A stretch of DNA of 36,454 nt, taken from positions 1-36,454 of the IMG/VR virus record IMGVR_UViG_3300045988_081733; one strand, written 5' to 3'. Origin of the DNA: a virus. A program made the translations under genes and the position numbers. Every line of letters begins with the position of its first letter. Within the stretch, counting starts at the first letter, position 1. The notes below the pieces were generated by a model. The model was not told where the DNA came from, did not search any database, and saw only the letters and a program-made list of their open reading frames with translations. Of this stretch, positions 7,722 through 15,442 are shown piece by piece.

Positions 7722-7883
7722 ATGAAAAAGTACGAAATGACCGTGATTATCGAATGCGAAGAAGATGAAATCATCGGGGCAAAAGAACAGCTTGCGTCTG
7801 TCGTTCCTGCGGCGCGGGTTGTCAGAATTCAGGAACTGAAAGAGAGGGCGAACGATGAAAGAAAAGAACGGGAAAATCGTTGA
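7722..7883 (+). CDS. Hypothetical small protein (53 aa)
   Basis: RBS AAAGGAAAA precedes the ATG at 7722. Overlaps the next ORF by 29 nt. Confidence 0.45.
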   Translation: MKKYEMTVIIECEEDEIIGAKEQLASVVPAARVVRIQELKERANDERKERENR

Positions 7884-8163
7884 AATCACAGAATCGGAAC
7901 TTTTTGAATTATGGCTGAAGCGCGAAATGTGCGATATATATTCATTCAAAGCATACAAGACTATGTTTGAAAACGCGGGCTGTACTGTGATTGATGAAGA
8001 CGCGATCAGAGAGGAAAAGAAGAAAAACGATGAAAAGCGGCAACGGCTTATTTCACAGCTAACGCAGATTATCGGCGATCTTGCGGCAGGATATGACGGG
8101 TTCATGTACTTGTACCCGATTGTTTTTCCTGAAGAAGGGAACAAAAATGATAATTCACTATAA
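7855..8163 (+). CDS. Hypothetical protein (102 aa)
   Basis: RBS AGAGAGGG 6 nt upstream of the ATG. Confidence 0.6.
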   Translation: MKEKNGKIVEITESELFELWLKREMCDIYSFKAYKTMFENAGCTVIDEDAIREEKKKNDEKRQRLISQLTQIIGDLAAGYDGFMYLYPIVFPEEGNKNDNSL

Positions 8164-8332
8164 CAACGGCGAAACAGAAAAACTGATTAAAGATGTTCTT
8201 TGCATATCGGTGATTGACGGAAATAATCCCGTGACTGTAAATCTGCGGAACGGAAATGAACTTCAAATCAGGCTTGACAATATCGAAATGATTTTTGACG
8301 ATGAGATTTTGAAAGAGAGGGAAAACAAATGA
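8147..8332 (+). CDS. Hypothetical small protein (61 aa)
   Basis: RBS GAAGGGA upstream of the ATG at 8147. Confidence 0.55.
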   Translation: MIIHYNNGETEKLIKDVLCISVIDGNNPVTVNLRNGNELQIRLDNIEMIFDDEILKERENK

Positions 8333-8601
8333 CATACGAAGAAAAAATTGTTTGGCATGAGGTAAAGACAAGACCGCTGACGGACGAAGAAAAAGAAGAA
8401 TATGCCGAATTTGAACCCGAATATATGCTTGATTGTCCTTTACCCGATGACGGCGAAGAAATCCTTGTCGCAACAAAATACGGCGTTGACGTTGACGTGT
8501 GCGGCATAGACGAAGGCTATTATCTTGAAAAGCAGGGCGATTGGGAGGACGTTTTAGCATGGGCAGAAATGCCGAAGTACAAGCGGAGCGACAACAAATG
8601 A
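8329..8601 (+). CDS. Hypothetical acidic protein (90 aa)
   Basis: RBS AGAGAGGGA and an ATGA overlap. Confidence 0.6.
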   Translation: MTYEEKIVWHEVKTRPLTDEEKEEYAEFEPEYMLDCPLPDDGEEILVATKYGVDVDVCGIDEGYYLEKQGDWEDVLAWAEMPKYKRSDNK

Positions 8602-8837
8602 AAAATTACAACAAACTGCCGTTCAAGGAACGCAAACGACAAGCGGAATATTCGTTCAGGCAGACCGAAAGGCAAGAAGAAATCGCGTTGAAAAAAGAGT
8701 TTGAAGAGTTAAAGCGGATGAAAGAAATGTTCAACAAAGAGCAAGAACCAATGACCGACAAAGTACGTGAAGAATACGAAGCGTTTGAACGGTTGAAGGC
8801 ACTTGAAGAAAAAACGAAAGAGAGGGAACACAAATGA
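8598..8837 (+). CDS. Hypothetical charged coiled-coil protein (79 aa)
   Basis: ATGA overlap with the upstream stop codon. Confidence 0.55.
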   Translation: MKNYNKLPFKERKRQAEYSFRQTERQEEIALKKEFEELKRMKEMFNKEQEPMTDKVREEYEAFERLKALEEKTKEREHK

Positions 8838-8923
8838 TGTTTGGTTTGGGTGTACTTGCAACGATATCAGCCGAATTCATTGCAGTGCTGATAATTGCAA
8901 TTGTGCGGGTGCTGAAAAAGTAA
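8834..8923 (+). CDS. 29-aa hydrophobic peptide (MMFGLGVLATISAEFIAVLIIAIVRVLKK)
   Basis: Translated by hand. RBS AGAGAGGGA, an ATGA overlap and a single TM-like segment. Absent from the supplied ORF list because of its size. Confidence 0.45.
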   Translation: MMFGLGVLATISAEFIAVLIIAIVRVLKK

Positions 8924-9043
8924 AGCACAAAGAGACGTTCACAGCCCGTTTCTTTTCGCGTCAGAGCGTCGAAAACACATTTCAAGCGTTTATATATGTA
9001 TATGCGTTTCCGTTGCTTCTTCGCTTTTGCAAACGGGTTGTGA

Positions 9044-9060
9044 ATGTGTCAGAACGAAAC
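9044..9060 (+). repeat. Copy 3 of the 17-nt motif ATGTGTCAGAACGAAAC, 17 nt upstream of the late -35 hexamer
   Basis: Identical to the copy at 5643..5659. Confidence 0.7.
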
Positions 9061-9076
9061 ATTTTCAAGTAGGGTA

Positions 9077-9105
9077 TTGACAAAGTGACTTTTTTGTGAT
9101 ATCCT
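9077..9105 (+). promoter_or_regulatory. Candidate late promoter: TTGACA, a 17-nt spacer and an extended -10 (TGaTATCCT)
   Basis: Read directly. It lies in the 314-bp gap that precedes the late operon. Confidence 0.55.
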
Positions 9106-9132
9106 ACATTCAGAATTGATAATATGACATTG

Positions 9133-9207
9133 CAGAGGGTGCGGGGATGACTATTCAAAATTGAATAGACCGTTAAATGAACGTGACGTTTCAGCCCTCT
9201 GTTTTTT
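9133..9207 (+). terminator. Structured leader ending in a terminator-like helix CAGAGGG...CCCTCTG followed by TTTTTT. It encloses an inner hairpin CTATTCA-AAAT-TGAATAG.
   Basis: Complementarity and the U-tract are seen in the sequence. It starts about 30 nt downstream of the candidate late promoter and ends 30 nt before the first late gene. Confidence 0.5.
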
Positions 9208-9237
9208 AGTCTGCAAAAAAAGGAAAGATGATTTGAC

Positions 9238-9711
9238 ATGGCGAGAGGGCGAAAAAGCAAATATGAATCCTATGTCAAGCCCATGATTCCAAAAATAGAA
9301 GGTTGGGTCAGATCGGGAGCAACCGAAGCTGAAATCTGTCAGGCGTTGGGCATTGCGATCAGCACGTTCAACGACTACAAGAAAAAATATTCGGAATTAT
9401 CGGGGGCGTTACGCGCGGGGAGACAAAGCATTGTACTTGATATCAAAGCGGCATTATTAAAAAAGGCTTTGGGTTTTGAATATGAAGAAAAGCGCGGAAT
9501 CAAGAAAGACGGCAAAATAACATCGCTTGAAATCAATACGCGATATGCGCCGCCTGACACGACAGCCGCCGCAATGCTTCTGCGAAACTATGATAAAGAA
9601 TGGCTTGATAAGGACGCGACAACAACGGATTTCAAACAACAAGAACTTGAATTGAAAAAGGCACTTGCAGAAGCAAACAATTTCGATTTTGAACTTGAAA
9701 ACAAAGAATGA
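9238..9711 (+). CDS. HTH protein of the gp3/TerS-like family that is commonly annotated as a small terminase subunit in Firmicutes phages
   Basis: MARGRKSKYESYV...GATEAEICQALGIAISTFNDYKKKYSELSGALRAGR...ALGFEYEE matches that family pattern. It is not adjacent to terL. Confidence 0.5.
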   Translation: MARGRKSKYESYVKPMIPKIEGWVRSGATEAEICQALGIAISTFNDYKKKYSELSGALRAGRQSIVLDIKAALLKKALGFEYEEKRGIKKDGKITSLEINTRYAPPDTTAAAMLLRNYDKEWLDKDATTTDFKQQELELKKALAEANNFDFELENKE

Positions 9712-9712
9712 A

Positions 9713-11563
9713 ATGAAAAAGATAATCGCGATAGTTTCAGCAGTAATTTTATTATTTTTGATAATTGGGGTAGGAATCAAAATGAGTGAAAGAACATATA
9801 ACGTTGTTTGTCTTGACGGTTGTCTTTTTGAATCGATGACAAAAGAACAGATCATCGCGGCGATTGCCGAAGCAACGGGAAACACACCGACAAGCATTGA
9901 TGACGCTTTTATCACGAAAATCAAAGAGCAGAACAACGAAAAATCAATAAAGCTGTGGATTGGTACACAGGCACAGTATAACGCACTTGTCGCGGCGGGG
10001 ACTGTCGCGAATGATACGATTTATTGCACTTCGGACGGCGATAGACTGACGCTGATTGAAGAACAGCTTCAGGAGACAAGCGACACTGTCGATCAGTTAA
10101 TGTGTCGGTTCGGGGTGTGCAATACAAATTATTTTCTTGCTGAAAAGGCTGTAACATTACCCGAATTTGAACTGACGGCGGGCGCGATAATCGGCGTGCA
10201 ATTCAAATACATGAATCGGGCAAATGCGCCGCTGTCGCTGAACGTCAACGGCACGGGAGCAAAAACAATAAAAGATTGCTACACGGGAAATAATGCGGCA
10301 AAAGAATGTATCAAAGGTTTTGACGCTGTCCATCTCTTTCAGTATGACGGCGAAAATTGGGTGATACTGAATCCGAATGTTTCCGTTGCCGCTTTTCAGA
10401 TCGGAGATATCAAGCAGAGTGTAAACGGGAACGCGGGTTCTGATTGGCTTGAATGTGACGGTTCAAAAATTGACAAGTCGGAATATTCGGCACTTGCAAA
10501 CATTTTGTCAGCGAATTGGTATAATAACGCCGCTGATTCTAAAACGCTCGGACTGAATGAAACGCTGACGGGCATTATCTATGACGAAAGCAATGAAAAA
10601 TATATTGCTGTCGGATATGATTCATCATATAAAGCGATTATATATTCATCTACAACGGGAATCAAAAATCTTGCGAAAGATACAAGCATTGACGTTCAGA
10701 TGACATTGCGAGATATCATTGATAGCGGTGAATATTACGTTGCTTGCGGCGGTTTAACGCCGAATTCAAATCAGATTCTTTATTGCAAGTCAAACGCCAC
10801 AACGCCGAATTGGAGCGCAAAGCAGTTGACAGCAAATTCGGCTATGATGTGGGGCATTGCATACGGCATTGACAACGGAAAAAAATGTTATGTTGCGTGC
10901 GGTCAGGAATCGTCAAAAGCGGTTCTGTATTATGGAACAAGCCCGCTGAATGATTGGACGAAGGTTGAAGTCACAAACGGCACTTTTTACAGCATAGTCA
11001 GAGCAAATGACGCATGGTATGCTGTCGGTTCAGACGCTGACGGACACCCGATTATATACACTGCAAGCAGTGTGTCGGGAACATGGACACAGCTATTCAC
11101 CGATTCAACGCAATCGATAACCCTGAAAGATATCGCGATTGTTTATGATTCAATTATTGTTTGCGGTATGAACGAAACAGCGGGCTATATTATAGCAAGC
11201 AATGATGACTTTGCAACGCATACAGTCAAAGAAATTTCAGGGGCTTCGTTCAACGGGGTGACTGCTTTCGATTATGAAACGGTTATCGTTTGCGGAACAG
11301 ATACTGACAGCGATTCAAAGAAAGTCAATGTTTTGTATTACAGCAAAACACCGACAGCCGCTGACAGTTGGCAAAGAAAAGCGATTGCAACAAGCACAGT
11401 AAACGGAACGGAAGTTTTGAATGATGTCAAAGAAGCCGAAGGAAATGTTATCATGATCGGCGTACATGACACAGTAGCGGTTTCATATGAAATCGACACG
11501 GCTGTTCTTCCCGATCTGAATGACGGCACGACAAACATCAAATCTTTCATTCTTGCAAAATAA
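9713..11563 (+). CDS. Tail-fibre-like protein: possible N-terminal TM anchor, fibre N-motif, tail-collar-like motif and a C-terminal 6-7-bladed beta-propeller-like repeat region
   Basis: MKKIIAIVSAVILLFLIIGVGIK hydrophobic N-terminus. KLWIGTQAQYNAL...NDTIYC. GDIKQS...WLECDGSKIDKSEYSALANIL (collar-like). Repeats occur about every 45 aa: YIAVGYD, YYVACGG, CYVACGQ, WYAVGSD, IIVCGMN, VIVCGTD, VIMIGVH. An alternative start at 9782 would remove the TM segment. Confidence 0.6.
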   Translation: MKKIIAIVSAVILLFLIIGVGIKMSERTYNVVCLDGCLFESMTKEQIIAAIAEATGNTPTSIDDAFITKIKEQNNEKSIKLWIGTQAQYNALVAAGTVANDTIYCTSDGDRLTLIEEQLQETSDTVDQLMCRFGVCNTNYFLAEKAVTLPEFELTAGAIIGVQFKYMNRANAPLSLNVNGTGAKTIKDCYTGNNAAKECIKGFDAVHLFQYDGENWVILNPNVSVAAFQIGDIKQSVNGNAGSDWLECDGSKIDKSEYSALANILSANWYNNAADSKTLGLNETLTGIIYDESNEKYIAVGYDSSYKAIIYSSTTGIKNLAKDTSIDVQMTLRDIIDSGEYYVACGGLTPNSNQILYCKSNATTPNWSAKQLTANSAMMWGIAYGIDNGKKCYVACGQESSKAVLYYGTSPLNDWTKVEVTNGTFYSIVRANDAWYAVGSDADGHPIIYTASSVSGTWTQLFTDSTQSITLKDIAIVYDSIIVCGMNETAGYIIASNDDFATHTVKEISGASFNGVTAFDYETVIVCGTDTDSDSKKVNVLYYSKTPTAADSWQRKAIATSTVNGTEVLNDVKEAEGNVIMIGVHDTVAVSYEIDTAVLPDLNDGTTNIKSFILAK

Positions 11564-11581
11564 GTGAAAGGGGAAAACATC

Positions 11582-12379
11582 ATGCGAGTTATTACAGCAT
11601 ATGCGGAAAAGAATCCGTGTTATAAAGCGGCACAGAAAATGCCGAAAGGAAAGCCCGAAGGAATCGTTGTTCATTCAACGGGCGCGAACAATCCAAACTT
11701 AAAGCGATATGTTGACTGTCCTGAAGAAGTCGGGAAAAATCTTTTCGGAAATCATTGGAACAGAAATGTCAAGAAATGCGTTCATGCTTTCATCGGCTAC
11801 GACAAAAACAAGACGGTCGCTGTTGCGAACATCCTGCCATATGATGTTTGCTGTTGGGGTGTAGGAAGCGGCGCGAAAGGTTCATACAATTACAATCCCG
11901 CATACATACAGTTTGAAATCTGCGAAGACAATCTGAAGAACGAAACATATTTCGATGACGCATTTGAAGCGGCTGTCGAATATTGCGCGTTTCTGTGCAA
12001 AAAATTCGATATTCCCGTTGACAAGATTGTTTCGCATTACGAAGCGGGAAAAGCGGGCTTCGGTTCGCTTCACGCCGATTGCGATCATTGGTTGAAAAAA
12101 TTCGGCAAGTCAATGACATGGTTCAGGGCGCAAGTCAAAGCAGAACTTGAAAAGACTGAAGTGAAAGAACAGCCGTTCACGGCGTACAGAGTGAAAGTCA
12201 CTGCAAGTGTTCTGAATATCCGCAAGGGCGCGGGGACGAATTACAAAGTCAGTGGTCAGATCAGAAGCAAAGGCGTTTTCACAATTGTCGCAGAAGCTGA
12301 CGGCAAGGGCGCGACAAAGTGGGGAAAGCTGAAGTCGGGCGCGGGTTGGATATCGCTTGACTATGTGAAAAAGCTGTAA
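11582..12379 (+). CDS. Endolysin: N-acetylmuramoyl-L-alanine amidase (Amidase_2/PGRP-like) with a C-terminal SH3-like wall-binding domain
   Basis: GIVVHSTGANNP...HAFIG...C-terminal YRVKVTASVLNIRKGAGTNYKVSG...GWISLDYV (SH3_3 pattern). RBS AAAGGGGAAAA. Confidence 0.8.
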   Translation: MRVITAYAEKNPCYKAAQKMPKGKPEGIVVHSTGANNPNLKRYVDCPEEVGKNLFGNHWNRNVKKCVHAFIGYDKNKTVAVANILPYDVCCWGVGSGAKGSYNYNPAYIQFEICEDNLKNETYFDDAFEAAVEYCAFLCKKFDIPVDKIVSHYEAGKAGFGSLHADCDHWLKKFGKSMTWFRAQVKAELEKTEVKEQPFTAYRVKVTASVLNIRKGAGTNYKVSGQIRSKGVFTIVAEADGKGATKWGKLKSGAGWISLDYVKKL

Positions 12380-12392
12380 AGGGCTGATATAT

Positions 12393-13091
12393 TTGTTTAC
12401 TACTCTTTCACAATTCTACACTTCGCAAGAATGGCGGCAGTTTCGTCAGCAGTTAATTGCGGAGCGTATCAACAAGGCTGACGGCATTCTGTATGATGAA
12501 TTCAATCATCAACCGATTGTCAACGCTTATGACATTGTTCTTCACCATATCACACCGCTGACACTTTCAAATGTAAATGATTACAGTGTTTCACTGAACC
12601 CGCAAAACATCATGATTGTGTCACAGCGATCACATAATGAAATACATAAGCGGTTCGGACATTGTACCGAACGAAAAGTATATTATGTGTATGGTGCGCC
12701 GTGTAGCGGCAAAACATCATTCGTTAATGGTATCAAGGGCAATTCTGATATTGTGCTTGATATAGATAATATATGGCAGTGTATCACGGGCGGCGAAAGA
12801 TATTTCAAGCCTGTCGCGCTGAAACAGAACGCATTTGAATTGCGTGACTGTTTAACGGACATGATACGAACCCGCGCGGGAAAATGGGAACGCGCATTTG
12901 TGATTGAAAGCGGCGCACGAAAAGCAGAGCGGCAACGCAGAATTCAGCTTCTCGGTGCTGAACCGATTCACATTGACACAGACAAAGACACTTGTCTGAA
13001 ACGGCTTGCAAATGACGCGAATCGGGCGGCAGTGCAAGACGAATGGCGAAAGTATATTGAATCATATTTCAATGACTTTCAAGCCGATTAA
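12393..13091 (+). CDS. HNH endonuclease fused to a P-loop NTPase/kinase-like domain
   Basis: N-terminal half: EWRQFRQQLI...VLHHITPL...NPQNIMIVSQRSHNEIH (HNH). C-terminal half: VYGAPCSGKTSFV (Walker A). TTG start with an AAGGG RBS. Confidence 0.7.
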   Translation: MFTTLSQFYTSQEWRQFRQQLIAERINKADGILYDEFNHQPIVNAYDIVLHHITPLTLSNVNDYSVSLNPQNIMIVSQRSHNEIHKRFGHCTERKVYYVYGAPCSGKTSFVNGIKGNSDIVLDIDNIWQCITGGERYFKPVALKQNAFELRDCLTDMIRTRAGKWERAFVIESGARKAERQRRIQLLGAEPIHIDTDKDTCLKRLANDANRAAVQDEWRKYIESYFNDFQAD

Positions 13092-13390
13092 TTTGCGTCA
13101 ACGGGTTACTCCTCCGACCCTTGACATATAGGCTTTCCTTTCTTTTAGCCGCTGGCATATCGGCAATAATAATATGCCGCCTTTCTGAAAAAAATATTTG
13201 CAGTCTGAAAAAAGTTTTCTGAAAAAAATATCCCCCCGTTAAAAAATTTTTTTCAAGTCTGATTTCAACTGTGACCGGCTCTTCTTTTGCGCACGAACCA
13301 AAAAAATCAGATTTTCTGAAATCTTTTCGGGGAACTTTTGAAAAAATAGACGCGCTTTGAAAATTACGAAAATACATAGAGGTAAATGAG
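13092..13390. other. A-tract-rich non-coding region with TCTGAAA(AAA) repeats, a candidate cos or packaging-initiation region
   Basis: TCTGAAAAAA at 13184, 13204 and 13218, with variants at 13258 and 13315. An A6T7 block at 13241. Hairpin GGCATAT-N11-ATATGCC. It sits between the HNH gene and P27-like terS, as in HK97-type cos phages. Confidence 0.4.
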
Positions 13391-13585
13391 ATGACAAGGA
13401 AAGAAGCAACAGCGATTATTTATGATATTGTCAACAGCGGAATTCTTGACGAAGGACTTGAAGAAGGTCTGACGGAAATCTGCGAACACATTTGCACAGA
13501 TGATTTTGAACTGTGCGCCACTTCTGACGATTACCCGAATTATTGCGAAGGGTGTGAATTTGAATGTCCAAATCAGAGGAACTGA
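13391..13585 (+). CDS. Hypothetical acidic Cys-containing protein (64 aa)
   Basis: RBS AGAGGT 7 nt upstream of the ATG. Confidence 0.55.
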   Translation: MTRKEATAIIYDIVNSGILDEGLEEGLTEICEHICTDDFELCATSDDYPNYCEGCEFECPNQRN

Positions 13586-13869
13586 AAGCATTCTTTCAAA
13601 ACATTGATGATGATAAAAAACAATTCGCATATGACGCGATTGACGAATACTGTTTTTTCATCGACAGAATTCAGGAATTGCGCAAACTGCCGTTTATACG
13701 GGTAAGTAAAAGCAATCCCGAAAGACAAGAACTGACACCCGCCGCAAAGCTGATAAAAGAGTATTCACAAGCCGTTGACAATAAGCGCAAAACACTGCTG
13801 ATGATTCTTTATCGCGTGGAGAACAGCGCGGCAGACGATCTGCTTGCAAAGCTATCTGAATTTGAATGA
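13564..13869 (+). CDS. terS: Putative small terminase subunit, P27-family-like
   Basis: AYDAIDEYCFFIDRIQEL...NPERQELTPAAKLIKEY resembles the P27 TerS core. The position (after the putative cos, with an HNH gene and a Terminase_1-type TerL) fits. Confidence 0.5.
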   Translation: MSKSEELKAFFQNIDDDKKQFAYDAIDEYCFFIDRIQELRKLPFIRVSKSNPERQELTPAAKLIKEYSQAVDNKRKTLLMILYRVENSAADDLLAKLSEFE

Positions 13870-13882
13870 AAGGGGAAAGAAA

Positions 13883-14350
13883 ATGCAAATCAAAGATATT
13901 GCAATTGATGAATTGAAAGTTTATGAGAATAACCCGCGTTTCAATAATAATGCCGTTGAAGCTGTTGCGAATTCAATCAGTGAATTCGGCTTCAAAGTGC
14001 CGATTATCATTGATAAAGATAATATCATTGTTGCAGGACATACCCGATTAAAAGCGGCACAGCGTTTAGGCCTTGAAACTGTTCCTTGCATTGTCGCGGA
14101 CGATCTGACACCCGAACAGATAAAAGCGTTTCGTCTTGCTGATAACAAAACAGCCGAACTTGCGGAATGGGACTTTTCAAAACTTGAAGAAGAACTTGAA
14201 GATTTGAAAATGAATTTTGATATGTCCGAATTCGGATTTGTTGACAACAGCAACGGTCGCGATTTGGAACAGTCACCCGATGAATTTGAAGAATACGGCG
14301 AAGACATCAAGACAGAACACAAATGCCCGAAATGCGGCTATGAGTGGTGA
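13883..14350 (+). CDS. ParB-like nuclease-domain (ParBc) protein with a C-terminal zinc ribbon
   Basis: IDELKVYENNPRFNNNAVEAVANSISEFGFKVPIIID...IVAGHTRLKAAQRLG is the classic ParB N-terminal domain. The protein ends HKCPKCGYEW. RBS AAAGGGGAAAG. Confidence 0.8.
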   Translation: MQIKDIAIDELKVYENNPRFNNNAVEAVANSISEFGFKVPIIIDKDNIIVAGHTRLKAAQRLGLETVPCIVADDLTPEQIKAFRLADNKTAELAEWDFSKLEEELEDLKMNFDMSEFGFVDNSNGRDLEQSPDEFEEYGEDIKTEHKCPKCGYEW

Positions 14351-14356
14351 CAACAA

Positions 14357-15442
14357 ATGAAGCCCGAATATAAAGTGCCGACAATGAAAGAAATCGAATC
14401 ATTGCCGAAGAACGGCTTCAAGGTTGTTTCAACCTTCAGCGGCGGCGGGGGTTCTTGTCTCGGTTATAGAATGGCGGGTTATGATGTGGTATATGCAAAT
14501 GAATTCGTTGAGGAAGCGCAAAAGACGTATCGAGCGAATCACAGCGCATATCTTGATACCCGTGATATTCGTCAGGTAATGCCCGAAGACATTCTTGAAA
14601 TCACAGGTCTGAAGCGTGGCGAACTTGATTTATTTGACGGGTCACCGCCTTGCTGTGCTTTTAGCACAGCGGGAAGCCGTGAAAAAGGATGGGGCGAAGA
14701 AAGAAGTTATTCGGACGGCAAAAAGCAACGTGTCGATGACTTATTCTTTGAATATACAAGGTTGCTGAAGGGATTGCAACCGAAATGTTTTATTGCTGAA
14801 AACGTTTCGGGGCTTGTGAAAGGTAAAGCAAAAGGATATTTCAAACTGATTCTTCAGGAACTTAAAAATTGCGGGTACTTCGTGCGGGTGCAGTTATTAA
14901 ATGCGCAGTGGCTCGGCGTTCCGCAGAATCGACAGCGCGTTATTTTTCATGGTGTGCGAAACGACTTGAATCTTGCGCCAGTGTTTCCGAAGCCGTTTAA
15001 TTATTATTACACGCTTGCAGACGCTTTCAAAAATCTTCCCGAAAGCAATGCGCAAGAAGCGCAGGAACGCGCAGAAGCAATCAAAGAATATTCCGTTTAT
15101 CGCGTCATGCAACGAATATCGAAGAATCCCAATAGACCGATTGCGGGCGATCCTTTGAAAAAGAATTCGCGTTTCAATTTAATTCGTCAGTCTTGGGATT
15201 ATCCGTGTTCAACAGTTTGTCAGACGGGAAATGACGGCTGTGCAAGCGTCTTTCATCCGTCAGAAGATCGAAAGTTTACTATCAGCGAACTGAAGCGCAT
15301 AACAAGCATTCCCGATGATTTCATTCTGACGGGTACATTCGCGCAACAGTGGGAACGGCTCGGCAGAATGGTGCCGCCCGTCATGATGAAGAATATTTCT
15401 GAAACGATTGCGAGGGAAATTCTATGCAAGACAAAGTCATAA
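14357..15442 (+). CDS. DNA (cytosine-5) methyltransferase-family enzyme with an atypical motif X (GR instead of GN)
   Basis: Motif I FSGGGGSCLGY, motif IV GSPPCCAFS, motif VI ENV, motif VIII QNRQRV, motif IX RKFTISELKRITSIPDDF, and motif X LGRMVPP. Confidence 0.85.
   Translation: MKPEYKVPTMKEIESLPKNGFKVVSTFSGGGGSCLGYRMAGYDVVYANEFVEEAQKTYRANHSAYLDTRDIRQVMPEDILEITGLKRGELDLFDGSPPCCAFSTAGSREKGWGEERSYSDGKKQRVDDLFFEYTRLLKGLQPKCFIAENVSGLVKGKAKGYFKLILQELKNCGYFVRVQLLNAQWLGVPQNRQRVIFHGVRNDLNLAPVFPKPFNYYYTLADAFKNLPESNAQEAQERAEAIKEYSVYRVMQRISKNPNRPIAGDPLKKNSRFNLIRQSWDYPCSTVCQTGNDGCASVFHPSEDRKFTISELKRITSIPDDFILTGTFAQQWERLGRMVPPVMMKNISETIAREILCKTKS

Noticed and set aside
8803-9072. 89-aa + strand ORF running into the late regulatory region
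   Set aside because: It has no RBS and overlaps the coupled 29-aa ORF in another frame. It also crosses the conserved 17-nt motif and ends just 5 nt upstream of the late promoter's -35 hexamer.
13069-13377. 102-aa minus-strand ORF across the A-tract region
   Set aside because: Its Phe/Lys-rich sequence is simply the translation of poly-A/T repeats. It has no RBS. The region is better explained as non-coding cos or regulatory DNA.
13883-14350. Reading the ParB-like gene as a plasmid-type partition system, which would imply a phage-plasmid lifestyle
   Set aside because: No ParA/Walker ATPase partner or parS-like repeat array is visible, and a serine integrase with an attP-like site is present. 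ParB-like nuclease domains next to phage DNA methyltransferases are common, so a DNA-modification or packaging accessory role is more likely.
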